Positions 10,101-20,189 of a DNA stretch of 64,000 nucleotides are shown in pieces. Position 1 is the stretch's first letter. Each line of letters begins with the position of its first letter. The stretch comes from an uncultured Verrucomicrobiae bacterium. GTDB lineage: Bacteria > Verrucomicrobiota > Verrucomicrobiia > Limisphaerales > Palsa-1400. Location of the stretch: positions 736,001-800,000 of the forward strand of contig CAVXRD010000001.1 in assembly GCA_963764165.1 (NCBI GenBank), in the 5' to 3' direction. The translations under genes and the position numbers were made by a program. The notes under the pieces were generated by a model, which was not told the origin of the DNA, did not search any database, and was given only the letters and a program-made list of their open reading frames with translations.

Positions 10101-11357
10101 CTAAGGCGCCGGCGCCTTGCCCGCGTTCTTGCCAAAAACCAGGAAGGGAGGCCCGTCCGTCTCCTCAAAAATAAGGACTTCCGGATAACCCAGCCCCGCG
10201 TAGGAGGCGTCCAATTCAAAGCCTCGGTCAACGCCGTCAAACATAAATCTCTTGATCGCAAAGGCCCCGTTGCCGCAAGGGTTGGGAATGCTCCGCAGAC
10301 CCGGTTCGCCATGCAGTTTGTACTGCACAGCGGCTTGAACCATTGCCATGTCCGCCAACGCGGCAAATTCCCGCGGGCGGCATTTGTCCAGGGCCGGAAG
10401 AAACTCGTGGATAAAGGGGTTGGAGGAATTCTGCACTTCCGCGCTGAACTTCGGCATTTGTTCCTGGTATTGCGCGAACGGCAGAGCCTCAATTTTTTCC
10501 AGCCTCCCATAAATCGAATCCATATCCCTCAGGAGCTTGATCACGCCGTCGCTTGTCCCGCCCGCGGCGGCGGCAATTTCTTTCCAGTGGGTATTCGCTT
10601 CATTTTGCCCGTCGCCGCTCGATGCCACGAAATCAAAAATTCTCTGAAGGCCTTCCATCGCCTTTGCGTCATTTCCACGGTTCTCGTTCTGCAATTCCAC
10701 AGCGCGGCTGATCATCCATTTCTCGAAGCACAATTCTTCCATCGGAATGCACGCGGCGATGGTGCCCCGGGCGGGCGGCGAGTTGAAGGCTTCCGCGATC
10801 CGTTGCAGGGACTCGACAGAAAACTGGTTGAAATTCTCCGCCGCCGTGGCGCAAACGCTGCGTTCCACGGCGATCTCCACCAAGGCCCCGATCAAACACC
10901 CGTCACTGGCCCCGTGCCGGGCCAGCGACAGCGTGGCCAGCAAATCCTCCCGGGCGTCGCTCTGACGCCCGTGCTGCAAATCCCACATGGCGCGCAACCG
11001 CGCCGCGTTGGCCGTGGCCTTGATGCGAGAGAGGTGGGGAATCAATGCGCCCGGTCCCGCGCTCCAATCAACCCCCCAATCACACAGCGCTGTGGAAGTC
11101 GCCGCCTGGCGGAGGAGTCGAAACTCCGAATCATACTCCGCAACCAACTCTCCAAAACGATCCGGCAGCTTCTGGCCTCTCCATTCGTTGGTATACAAAT
11201 AGTCCCGATCCTTTGGCGAAAAGTCCGGGGCAAGCTCAAATGCCCGGTAATAGGTTAGGGACGGATTAATGTTGGTGCGGACCGGCTGGCCTCCCGCCAC
11301 GCCAGCCGCGCCCGCGAAAACCAGAAATGATAAACAGACCGATTTGATAGCGTTCAT
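10101..11357 (-). CDS. exported all-helical hypothetical protein
   Basis: Signal peptide and long ORF in coding-like codon usage, upstream of the ECF/anti-sigma pair. Confidence 0.75.
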   Translation of the reverse strand: MNAIKSVCLSFLVFAGAAGVAGGQPVRTNINPSLTYYRAFELAPDFSPKDRDYLYTNEWRGQKLPDRFGELVAEYDSEFRLLRQAATSTALCDWGVDWSAGPGALIPHLSRIKATANAARLRAMWDLQHGRQSDAREDLLATLSLARHGASDGCLIGALVEIAVERSVCATAAENFNQFSVESLQRIAEAFNSPPARGTIAACIPMEELCFEKWMISRAVELQNENRGNDAKAMEGLQRIFDFVASSGDGQNEANTHWKEIAAAAGGTSDGVIKLLRDMDSIYGRLEKIEALPFAQYQEQMPKFSAEVQNSSNPFIHEFLPALDKCRPREFAALADMAMVQAAVQYKLHGEPGLRSIPNPCGNGAFAIKRFMFDGVDRGFELDASYAGLGYPEVLIFEETDGPPFLVFGKNAGKAPAP

Positions 11358-11456
11358 GCACATTAATAACGGCAATGCCCCAAAAGGTTCATTATTTCAG
11401 TTCAGGGGTAGGAGGCCTCGCCTCGACAACCACCGCATTGCATGGCAAATTGAGTC

Positions 11457-12302
11457 GTGGCTTTGGACAAACTCGAAAAATTGCAATCGCTCTTGCGCTC
11501 CTACGGTTCGTGCCTTGTCGCGTATTCGGGTGGAGTGGATTCGGTTTTTTTGGGCTATGTCGCGCACCAAGTGCTGGGCGACAAATGCCTCGCCGCGATT
11601 GCCGATTCTCCAAGTTTGCCGCGCCGTGAATTGGAGGAGGCGGTGGCGCTGGCTCGCCAGTTTTCCATTCCGCTTGAGATTATTAAAACATCGGAATTTG
11701 ATAATCCGGCTTACGTTTCCAATCCGAATAATCGCTGCTATTTCTGCAAACACGAATTGTTCACGCAATTGACTCCGCTCGCGCGCGAACGAAAATTCGC
11801 CGTTGTTGCCTATGGAGAAAATGCGAGTGACGTTGGGGATCATCGACCGGGGGCGCAAGCGGCGGGGGAATTTCAAGTGCGCGCGCCGCTCAAGGAAGCG
11901 GGTTTGACCAAGGCGGATATTCGCGCCCTTTCCGCGCAATTCGGCTTGCCGACCGCCGACAAGCCGCAGATGGCCTGCCTGAGTTCACGCGTGCCGTATG
12001 GCGAGACTGTTTCGCCGGAAAAATTGCGCATGATTGAAGAGGCGGAATACGTTTTGCGCGATCTTGGCTTTTACGATGTCCGCGTCCGGCATCATCAATT
12101 GACCTCCGGAGCGCATCCAGCGTCGCTGGCCCGCATTGAAATCGGCCCGGACGAAATGCCGAAATTATTGACAGACGGAAATTATACTCGCGTGGCGGAG
12201 AAATTGCGCAAGATAGGCTACATGCACATCACGCTGGATTTGCAGGGTTATCGCCGCGGAAGCGTCAACGAAATCTCCGTCATCGCTGCACGAAGTAGCT
12301 GA
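11457..12302 (+). CDS. larE: ATP-dependent sulfur transferase LarE
   Basis: PP-loop SGGVDS, RCYFCK, CLSSRVPYG and RVRHH. Confidence 0.92.
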   Translation: MALDKLEKLQSLLRSYGSCLVAYSGGVDSVFLGYVAHQVLGDKCLAAIADSPSLPRRELEEAVALARQFSIPLEIIKTSEFDNPAYVSNPNNRCYFCKHELFTQLTPLARERKFAVVAYGENASDVGDHRPGAQAAGEFQVRAPLKEAGLTKADIRALSAQFGLPTADKPQMACLSSRVPYGETVSPEKLRMIEEAEYVLRDLGFYDVRVRHHQLTSGAHPASLARIEIGPDEMPKLLTDGNYTRVAEKLRKIGYMHITLDLQGYRRGSVNEISVIAARSS

Positions 12303-12912
12303 GATTTTCCAATTCGATCGCCAGATTCACGTTGTTGACAACGACCGATTCCGGGACTTCCGGCACCAGCGGCGAGAAATTCAGAATTCCCGAAATCCCA
12401 CATTGCACAAGCGCGTTTGCGACCTCCTGCGCGGCCGTGGCGGGGACCGTCAGAATGGCCATTTTCACGTTCCGCTGGCGGACAAGGGGCGCGAGCTTGT
12501 CCATCTCGCAAATCGGCACGCCGCTCTGTTTTCCTCGGTGGCGGCCGGCATCGCAGTCGAACGCAGCGATGATTTCGAAGCCTTCCTTTTCAAATCCGCG
12601 ATACGAGAGCAGCGCAAGCCCCAAATTTCCCACACCCACCAAAATCACCGGCTGCAAACTCGTCCGGCCAAGCGCATCGGAAATCATGTCCGCCAGCTCG
12701 CCCACATCGTAGCCCAGGCCGCGCGTGCCGAACTGCCCGAAGTAGGCAAGGTCTTTGCGCAATTGCGTCGGTTTGACGCCGGCGGCTTTGGCAAGGGCGT
12801 CGCTGGACACAGTTTGGTGGCCATTGGCCTTCAACTGCCGCAATCCGCGAAAATAAACCGAGAGCCGATAAACGGCCTTTCGTGGAATTTCAGGTTTGGC
12901 GACCTTTTTCAA
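12280..12912 (-). CDS. rex: redox-sensing transcriptional repressor Rex
   Basis: QLRKDLAYFGQFGTRGLGY, VGVGNLG and ILNFSP motifs; TTG start inferred. Confidence 0.95.
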   Translation of the reverse strand: MKKVAKPEIPRKAVYRLSVYFRGLRQLKANGHQTVSSDALAKAAGVKPTQLRKDLAYFGQFGTRGLGYDVGELADMISDALGRTSLQPVILVGVGNLGLALLSYRGFEKEGFEIIAAFDCDAGRHRGKQSGVPICEMDKLAPLVRQRNVKMAILTVPATAAQEVANALVQCGISGILNFSPLVPEVPESVVVNNVNLAIELENLSYFVQR

Positions 12913-13176
12913 GCGGGGGAAGATACGAAATCCCCTCCCGCCAAGCAAACACTCTTGTCGACTTTCCGCATCCAAAACGCCATTCGCGCTGGCAGCAGGT
13001 CATGCTCGCAAAGTCCGGCGGCATATTGCCATTGTTGTGCCCAGCCCAGGTGCGAACAGCCTTTGCCATCAACCTGAAATCATTGACGAACGAGATGCGG
13101 TCAGCCCGACGCTGGGGCGTCGGCGAAAAAGTCCGGCTTGTCCCCTGCGGCCCGTTCCAGGGATGGTTCCCGCGCT

Positions 13177-13626
13177 TCAAACAAGCAACTTCTCGAGCAC
13201 GTCGTAGTGCGTCAGCGTGAAGCCGAGCTTGTGATAAGTCTTGATCGCGGCGTCATTATGCTTTTCGACGTAAAGGCGCACGCCGGCCACGCCGCCCTGC
13301 TCGCGCGCTACGGCGGTGACAAATTCAAAGAGCGCCTGAAACACGCCGCGCCGCCGGAAATCCGAGCGGACGAAAACACTTTGCAGCCACCAAAAATCGC
13401 CATTGCGCCAATCGCTCCATTCGTGCGTGATCAACAGTTGCCCGATCACTTCGCTTGATTCCTCGGCGACAAAATAAGTTCCCTTGGCGGGATCTTGCAG
13501 CAGCGCTTCAACCCCTGCCCTGACGGTAGCGGGATCAAGCGCGAGATTTTCTGATTCGCGGGCGAGCTCGATGTTGAAATGGGCCAGGACGGCGGCGTCG
13601 GCAAAAATGGCTTTTCGGATGTTCAA
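13177..13626 (-). CDS. GNAT N-acetyltransferase
   Basis: EWSDWRNG, VFVRSDFRRRGVF and LYVEKHN..AIKTYHKLGF; start inferred. Confidence 0.88.
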   Translation of the reverse strand: MNIRKAIFADAAVLAHFNIELARESENLALDPATVRAGVEALLQDPAKGTYFVAEESSEVIGQLLITHEWSDWRNGDFWWLQSVFVRSDFRRRGVFQALFEFVTAVAREQGGVAGVRLYVEKHNDAAIKTYHKLGFTLTHYDVLEKLLV

Positions 13627-13671
13627 GATTCGCAAGATAATAGGAAACTGAAGGCACGTGCGCAAACACAT

Positions 13672-13702
13672 GATAGGTCCTATAAGACCTATAGGACCTA
13701 TC
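13672..13702. repeat. 9-bp periodic palindromic repeat / hairpin
   Basis: GATAGGTCCTATA-AGACC-TATAGGACCTATC directly at the lctP stop; similar unit near 56800. Confidence 0.7.
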
Positions 13703-15311
13703 AGTGCGACTGAAATAACACCAGCAGCCCCACCAATGCCGCCAGCGCCACGCTGTGAAAAAAGACGTAACGCAAAATCTTCCCCTCGTGCCCGTACCAA
13801 TTCGTGGCGGTGCTCGCCACCACGATGCTTTGGGCGTCCAGCATTTTTCCCATCACGCCGCCGGAACTGTTGGCCGCCGCCATTAGCGCCGGATTCAGCG
13901 CCAGTTGCCGGGCGGTGATTGTTTGCAGTGAGCCGAATATCACATTCGAGGCGGTATCCGAGCCTGTCAGCGCCACACCCAGCCAGCCGAGCATTGTGCC
14001 GAAAAAGGGATAAAGCGGCCCAGTTCTCGCGAGCGCAAGACCAAGTGTCGCGTCTGTCCCGGAATAGCGCGTGACGTAACCGAGCGAAAGCATGGCCGCA
14101 ATCGTCAACAATGAAAATCGCAGCCGCCAGATTGTCTCAACATAAATCCGCGCCATCTCGCGCCACCGATGGCCCATCAATGCTCCTGCGCAAAGAGCGG
14201 CAAATAAAATTCCCGTCCCCGTCGCCGACAGCCATTCCAGCGCATAAACCGCTTTTTCTGGCGGCGCGCCGGGCGAGCTCACCTCCGGTCCGCGCGCCAC
14301 CTCGCCATGCAAATAAGGCACGTTCCACTGGCAGTAATTCGAGAATCCGGCCTGGTTCAAAAACTTTTTCACCGGCGGCAATCCCCATACAAAAATGAAG
14401 AGCGATAACAAAATCCACGGCGTCCAGGCGCGCACCAAATCCCGCCGCGATGGCGCGATGGCCACGGCCGCGGCCGCCGCATTCGAGAGAATCCAGAGTT
14501 TTCGCGGTCGCCAGAATTTCAGGAGAACGATTGTGGCGACCACGGATGTGACTGCGGAAACAACGTCGACCAGCCAAGGGCCATGAAACCTTGAAATGAG
14601 AAATTGTGGAATGGCGAAGGCTGCCCCGGCAGTTAATGCGGCTGGCCACACTTCCAGCATCCCGCGAAATCCAGCCATCGCCCACACGACCCAAAACGGA
14701 ATGATCAGGGAGAACGGTGGCAGTTGCGTTCCGATGATGGCTGAAAGTGTTCGCACATCGATGCCGGTTACAACACCCAATGCGATGACTGGCGTGCCAA
14801 GCGCTCCGAAGGCGACCGGAGCAGTGTTGGCAATCAGCGCCAGCCCGGAAGCCATGAGCGGCTCGAAACCCAATTGAATCAGAATGGCGCTCGCGATGGC
14901 AACCGGTGTTCCAAATCCCGCCGCGCCTTCAAAAAACGCACCAAACGAAAACGCAATCAGAATGACTTGCACACGCGGGTCCGGGGCGAGCGTCGCAAGA
15001 CTTCCGCGCAGGAGCGCAAAGAGGCCTTTTCGCACGGTCAATTCATAGAGGAAAATCAGATTGAGAATAATCCAGCCAATTGGAAAAAGTCCGTAAGTTG
15101 CTCCGAATATGGCCGCCGCGCCCGCCGCTTTTCCCGGCATCCCAAAAACCGCCACCGCAATCACCAGCGCCAGAACCAGCGCGCCCACCGCGGCGAGATG
15201 AATTTTCACGCGCCAGATGGCGATGGCGGAAAGCAGCGCCACCACCGGGGCTGCGGCCATTAGGGTTGAGAGAGCCGCTGAGCCAAGTGGATTGTAATGC
15301 TGCTGCCACAC
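13701..15311 (-). CDS. lctP: L-lactate permease
   Basis: WQQHYNP, FFEGAAGFGTPVA, ANTAPVAFG, GSDTASN and GGVMGKM; GTG start inferred. Confidence 0.93.
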   Translation of the reverse strand: MWQQHYNPLGSAALSTLMAAAPVVALLSAIAIWRVKIHLAAVGALVLALVIAVAVFGMPGKAAGAAAIFGATYGLFPIGWIILNLIFLYELTVRKGLFALLRGSLATLAPDPRVQVILIAFSFGAFFEGAAGFGTPVAIASAILIQLGFEPLMASGLALIANTAPVAFGALGTPVIALGVVTGIDVRTLSAIIGTQLPPFSLIIPFWVVWAMAGFRGMLEVWPAALTAGAAFAIPQFLISRFHGPWLVDVVSAVTSVVATIVLLKFWRPRKLWILSNAAAAAVAIAPSRRDLVRAWTPWILLSLFIFVWGLPPVKKFLNQAGFSNYCQWNVPYLHGEVARGPEVSSPGAPPEKAVYALEWLSATGTGILFAALCAGALMGHRWREMARIYVETIWRLRFSLLTIAAMLSLGYVTRYSGTDATLGLALARTGPLYPFFGTMLGWLGVALTGSDTASNVIFGSLQTITARQLALNPALMAAANSSGGVMGKMLDAQSIVVASTATNWYGHEGKILRYVFFHSVALAALVGLLVLFQSH

Positions 15312-15392
15312 GCAAAGCATGAACGGATAAGACAGCACCCGGTGGCGTCGCGCCAACTATTTTCGGGCGCAACGAACCGCCGACACTCTAGC

Positions 15393-15495
15393 GGAGCGCG
15401 GCTGTGTCGAAGACCAGCCGCAGCAACGTGGGAATGACCGACGCGCGCCTAGCAATGAAACGCGCTGCGGCTGGTCTTCGACACAGCCGCGCCCC
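15393..15495. repeat. long inverted repeat element, family C
   Basis: GGAGCGCGGCTGTGTCGAAGACCAGCCGCAGC ... GCTGCGGCTGGTCTTCGACACAGCCGCGCCCC; second copy at 38909. Confidence 0.8.
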
Positions 15496-15496
15496 A

Positions 15497-17101
15497 CTAT
15501 TTTCCAACCGGCGCGTTCGCGTGCTCCCACGAGAATTGCCGCCAGAGTTCCTTCAGCGGTTCAAGATCGCAGTGGGCGGGCAAGGTTGTCCCATAAGCGG
15601 CATAGGCATAGAGAAACGCCAGATGTTCGTATTGACTCGCAAATTCCGGCGAGTGCCCGCCCATCTCGCGGCAGAATTCGCGGGCGGTCCGATCCAGATG
15701 CACTTCGATATTCCGTTCGCGCGCCCAGGCGCGGATGGCGTCGTAAGTGTAAAGAATAATTTCCCGCGGCGGCATCTGATGCTCCCCACTCGCGAGAAAC
15801 GGATTTTTGTACTCTGAGAACGGGCGGAGATTGGGGCGGGCGAATTCGGGCTCCGCGCGTTTGGCGGGACGCCAGCGCGGTGTCAAGTCGAGCAATTCGC
15901 GAATGAATTTGGCAATCGCCTCCGCCAGTCCGCGCGCCATTTCCAACAGGAAATGCCGGCAGCGATACAGCCACCAGCCAAACAACAGCGCGCCCGCAAT
16001 AATAATGACGGTGCGAATAAACTGATAAGCACCCGGCGGCGGAACGACTTGGGGCATCTGCGAAGGGCTTGGGCTGGGCGGCGCGGGTTTGGAACCGCTG
16101 TCGGAAGGCGCGGTTTGCTTGCTGGGATTTTCCGAGGGCGGCGGTGACGACGCATCCCCTTTTTTTCCGCCCTGCTCGTCCCCGGGGCGACCATCGCCTT
16201 TTCCAGACGAATTATATTTCGAGGCGTATTTGCTGGCGTTGAGCAAGGTCGAGTCCACGTCGTGCTTCAATGCCATCCATGCCTGGCTCGCGCCCGGTCG
16301 CGGCAGCAACAGCGCGCCCACCAAAACAAGCACCGCAACGCCGACACCAAGTTTCAACCATGCAAAGGCAACCGAAGGCGGCATCCTCAAATAGCGCTGC
16401 CGCAGATATCGCCGCAAGCCGAGGAAGCTGGTGGTCACCAGCAAACCCAGCGCAGCCGCCATGTAGACAATGACGAATGTCATGGCGCGTTTCCGCGAGA
16501 CATCCGCGTTCGCCGGAAGCAGCGCCTGCCCGATCGCGAACAGAGGCAGCGCAGCCAGCGAAAAGTAGATGACCCAGCATCCGGGATTGTTTGAGACCTT
16601 CCGCTTTTTTTTCGCCTTTTCTTTCGCCTTCGCCTTGGCGGCGGCGATGGCATCCAGCTTTGGCGCGGGCGTCTCAACAGGCTTGGGAGCCGTTCTCGCC
16701 TGCAACAATCCTCTCCCCGAGGAATCCTCGTCCTCATCCAGCAGCGTGCAATCCCAAACCAATTTGTGCGCGCAAAACCAAACAGCGGCCAGAAGGACGA
16801 TGCCGAGCGGATAAGAAGCCTGCGTCTTCGCGAGGTAAAACAACACGGACGCCGCCAGCGCAAAACCGTAAAGGGACGCATACTCGCTCGATTGCTCAAT
16901 GGCAATGCGCGAGACCAGCACAATCGCCACCACAAACCAGAACATCACCCAACGGACGCTGCCTTCCATTTTGCCCTGGTAAAAAACCTCGATGAGAAAA
17001 AAGCAAAGGCTCCCGACCAGCGCCATGATGAGGGCGGGGCTGAGCGAGATCACCATGTAATCGGCGGCGGTGCGGCGCGGTTTGTTCGGTATCGTGTACA
17101 T
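15497..17101 (-). CDS. multi-TM membrane protein with DUF4129-like C-terminus
   Basis: Many TM helices; C-terminal YTYDAIRAWA..TAREF..LYAYAAYG; TGATG coupling to the DUF58 gene. Confidence 0.75.
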   Translation of the reverse strand: MYTIPNKPRRTAADYMVISLSPALIMALVGSLCFFLIEVFYQGKMEGSVRWVMFWFVVAIVLVSRIAIEQSSEYASLYGFALAASVLFYLAKTQASYPLGIVLLAAVWFCAHKLVWDCTLLDEDEDSSGRGLLQARTAPKPVETPAPKLDAIAAAKAKAKEKAKKKRKVSNNPGCWVIYFSLAALPLFAIGQALLPANADVSRKRAMTFVIVYMAAALGLLVTTSFLGLRRYLRQRYLRMPPSVAFAWLKLGVGVAVLVLVGALLLPRPGASQAWMALKHDVDSTLLNASKYASKYNSSGKGDGRPGDEQGGKKGDASSPPPSENPSKQTAPSDSGSKPAPPSPSPSQMPQVVPPPGAYQFIRTVIIIAGALLFGWWLYRCRHFLLEMARGLAEAIAKFIRELLDLTPRWRPAKRAEPEFARPNLRPFSEYKNPFLASGEHQMPPREIILYTYDAIRAWARERNIEVHLDRTAREFCREMGGHSPEFASQYEHLAFLYAYAAYGTTLPAHCDLEPLKELWRQFSWEHANAPVGK

Positions 17102-18426
17102 CACCGTATCAGCGCCTGCGCGCAAAGATTGCTGATGGCTTCCTCGCCGTTGATCACCCTGAAATCAATTCGCTGGGCCAGCAGCATCCCTGCCCAATCC
17201 GGCGGGCGCGCCCAATCCGGCACCGCGTCCATTTCCATCGAAACGACGATGGCTGTCACCAACAAGCCGCGCCGCGCCACATTGCCAAGCGCGGCGGCGA
17301 TTTGCGGCGTCACCGTGCCAAGAACGGCCACAACGGTTGTGTCTCGGGAAATGTTGTGCGCGGCCTCATTGAGCATCGCGTCGAAATCCAATCCATCCGT
17401 CAACTCCAGCCGGGCCAGCGCCGTCATGATTTTCGCCAAATGATCCTCGCCGCGCCGCGCTTCCAGAATCACGGGGCGCAGGCGCGTGTTTTCCGCAGGT
17501 TCCGCGGCGCGGGCGCGGGCGTCGCTGCGGGTCAGGAAATTCGCGCTCCAGCCTTCTTCGCGAATTCGATCCGCGGCATCGCGCCCGTTGGAAACGAATC
17601 CCATTTGCTGTCCCATCAAGCAAACCGCATTGGCCAGTGAAGCGACCGTCATCGCCGCCAATTCCGCCGAGCCGACCGCCATCGGGCCAGAATAATTTTG
17701 CGAGTGGAAATCAAGAATGAATGTTGCTCCGGCGACGCAGGAACTTTCGTATTCGCGGCTCTGCAATTGGCCAGTTCGGGCAGTGGCGCGCCAATGAATT
17801 CGATTCAGCGGATCGCCATGTTGATAGTTGCGAACTCCGGCGATGCGCGTGGGATCCTCAAACAGCCGGTGCGCCAGGCGAATCTCTCCGATGGGACGGC
17901 GCGATGAAAGATTGTAGCCTTCAAGCGAAACGAGTTTCGGAGGCACCTCGATAAACGCCGGTTCGGTCATCACGCGAAAGCGGCGGTGCAAGCCGAACAC
18001 ATCGCCCGTTTCCACCAACAGCGGGCCGAGTTGATAATAGCCGCGCATCAAAAATTCGACCTTGTAGGACAGCACTTTCGTTTCGCCGGGCGCCAAGCGC
18101 GCGACGGCGAGACGTCCGCCTTCGGCCTTGATGTGATGCGGTGTTTGCGTCAGCGCATCGCGGGAAAGCGCATCTTCCAAAAGCACCCACGGAACCGCCA
18201 CGCTGCCGGTGTTGCGAATTGCCACTTTGACCTCCACGCTCTGGCCGATTTCCAGCGCCTCGTCGCCAGTGAACCGCCGCACCTCGACGCAATTGGTCCA
18301 AAGACGCGTGAAGACGCGGTTCAACAGCAGCACGCCCAGCAGCACATACATCGCGTAGACAAGGAGGCTGAGTTGGAAAACCAGCCCCAGCGCCAGCAAG
18401 GCGATTGTGCCGGCAATCCATTTCAT
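17101..18426 (-). CDS. DUF58 domain protein
   Basis: GVRNYQHGDPLNRIHWRATAR motif; ATGA overlap with MoxR. Confidence 0.92.
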   Translation of the reverse strand: MKWIAGTIALLALGLVFQLSLLVYAMYVLLGVLLLNRVFTRLWTNCVEVRRFTGDEALEIGQSVEVKVAIRNTGSVAVPWVLLEDALSRDALTQTPHHIKAEGGRLAVARLAPGETKVLSYKVEFLMRGYYQLGPLLVETGDVFGLHRRFRVMTEPAFIEVPPKLVSLEGYNLSSRRPIGEIRLAHRLFEDPTRIAGVRNYQHGDPLNRIHWRATARTGQLQSREYESSCVAGATFILDFHSQNYSGPMAVGSAELAAMTVASLANAVCLMGQQMGFVSNGRDAADRIREEGWSANFLTRSDARARAAEPAENTRLRPVILEARRGEDHLAKIMTALARLELTDGLDFDAMLNEAAHNISRDTTVVAVLGTVTPQIAAALGNVARRGLLVTAIVVSMEMDAVPDWARPPDWAGMLLAQRIDFRVINGEEAISNLCAQALIR

Positions 18427-19550
18427 CGCTTGACAGTTACTTGCGGTACCGCCACGGAATTCAAGACTTCGTCCAGCACCTTCGTCGTCGTCCGTTTTCG
18501 GAGCCGGCTTTCCGGGCGCATGATCATGCGATGGCCAAGCACATGGTAGAAAATATGTTTGACGTCATCGGGAACCACAAAGTCGAAGCCGTTGATGGCC
18601 GCGTAGGATTGCGCCGCGTGCAGCAGCGCCATCGAAGCGCGGGGGCTTCCGCCAAGCGAAAGATCCGGATGATCGCGGGTGGCCTGGATCAATTGCACGA
18701 TGTAGCGGCTGACTTTCTCGTCGCAATGAACGTCGCGCACCGCCTTCTGGCAATCGATGATTTCCTGGGCGCTGGCGACGGCCTCAAGGTCTTCAATCGG
18801 ATGGTGGCGCTGCAATCGCAGGAGCATGGCAATTTCGGATTCCGCCGACGGATAGCCGAGGCTCAAGCGCATGAGGAAGCGATCCAATTGCGCTTCCGGC
18901 AGCGGAAAGGTCCCCTCGTGGTCAATGGGATTTTGCGTTGCGATAATGAAAAACGGCGGGGATAAATCGTAATTGATCCCATCGGCGGTGATCTTTCGCT
19001 CCGCCATCGCCTCCAGCAAAGCGGATTGCGCGCGCGGTGTGGCGCGATTGATTTCATCCGCCAGCACAATTTGCGCGAAGAGCGGCCCCTGGCGAAACTC
19101 GAAGTCCGCCGTCTTCGGATTGAAAATGGAGCTGCCGGTCATGTCGTTTGGAAGCAAATCGGGCGTGCATTGGATGCGTTTGAATTTGCACCCGAGGCTT
19201 CGCGCCAGCGCGCGTGCCAGCATCGTTTTGGCGACGCCCGGCACGTCCTCCAGCAGCACATGCCCTTCGGCCAGGAACGCCACCAGCGTCAAGAGGATTT
19301 CCTGCCGTTTGCCAACGATCACCTTTTCGATGTTCTCGATGAGCCGCCTGGCCAGCGGAGCTGCGGGGATGGTTGAAACCTCGCGCTCCGAGGGGTCCTT
19401 CTGTTTGGGAATGCGAATGGAACTTTCTGATGGCGCCGGGGCGTCAAGACGAGTTTTTGCGCCGCAGCCCGGGCACGCCACCATTTTCCCGGCCAATTCC
19501 GCCGGGAATTCAATGTGCTGGCCGCAGGCGGCGCAGGTGCTTTTCGACAT
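18423..19550 (-). CDS. MoxR-family AAA+ ATPase with N-terminal zinc ribbon
   Basis: EDVPGVAKT, LADEINRA, ATQNP..EGTFPLPEAQLDRF and GGSPRA; N-terminal CAAC...CPGC. Confidence 0.93.
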   Translation of the reverse strand: MSKSTCAACGQHIEFPAELAGKMVACPGCGAKTRLDAPAPSESSIRIPKQKDPSEREVSTIPAAPLARRLIENIEKVIVGKRQEILLTLVAFLAEGHVLLEDVPGVAKTMLARALARSLGCKFKRIQCTPDLLPNDMTGSSIFNPKTADFEFRQGPLFAQIVLADEINRATPRAQSALLEAMAERKITADGINYDLSPPFFIIATQNPIDHEGTFPLPEAQLDRFLMRLSLGYPSAESEIAMLLRLQRHHPIEDLEAVASAQEIIDCQKAVRDVHCDEKVSRYIVQLIQATRDHPDLSLGGSPRASMALLHAAQSYAAINGFDFVVPDDVKHIFYHVLGHRMIMRPESRLRKRTTTKVLDEVLNSVAVPQVTVKR

Positions 19551-19583
19551 GGCTGGCATAAATGAGGCTAAAAAATGAAGTTC

Positions 19584-19687
19584 GGCTGGGCGAGGCTCCC
19601 GCCGAGTCGTCCCATCATTCCCATTATTCCCATGGGTCCCATCTTCATGGCAGGAAGGGGACGGCTCGGCAGGAGCCTCGCCCTACC
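19584..19687. repeat. REP-like doublet, family B, with internal 9-bp repeats
   Basis: GGCTGGGCGAGGCTCCCGCCGAGTCG ... CGGCTCGGCAGGAGCCTCGCCCTACC, enclosing CCCATCATT CCCATTATT CCCATGGGT CCCAT. Confidence 0.75.
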
Positions 19688-19860
19688 CTGCACTGTTGGC
19701 AATTTGTGTCTCATGCCAATTCGACAGGACAAGGGCAGCGGCGTGTCAAATTTTTGGCGGGCTTGAGAGGACAACAAAATTGAGTGCGCCCAGCGGCGCC
19801 GGAAGAAGGGCGCGCTGGAATTGTCCGGCGCGCTGGAAAGCAATGGCAATTTCCAGGCCG

Positions 19861-20103
19861 TTATTTCGGCGAGGTGTCGGTGTGAATCACCGCGCCCGGA
19901 ACAACCAGAACACCGGGAGTGGGAAGGGTCGGCGACGTTGGAACTTCGCTGATTTTAGCCAGTTCGCGCGGCGTTAGATTTGGAACGGGCTCGGGAACCA
20001 TGTCGTAAGTATAGGAGTACTCACTTGTCCCTCCGAAGGGGTTGTGGCCTGCGCAACCGGCGGCCGCCAGAACCGTCACCAAGAGCAGCAGTTTTAATTT
20101 CAT
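19861..20103 (-). CDS. small lipoprotein
   Basis: MKLKLLLLVTVLAAAGC lipobox signal, 80 aa. Confidence 0.75.
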   Translation of the reverse strand: MKLKLLLLVTVLAAAGCAGHNPFGGTSEYSYTYDMVPEPVPNLTPRELAKISEVPTSPTLPTPGVLVVPGAVIHTDTSPK

Positions 20104-20189
20104 ATAATATGTGTCGGGGCGATATTCTCTTGACGCAATAAGTTTTGCGCTGATTCAGCCATAAGGGAAACACTTAACCAAGCGTCCTG

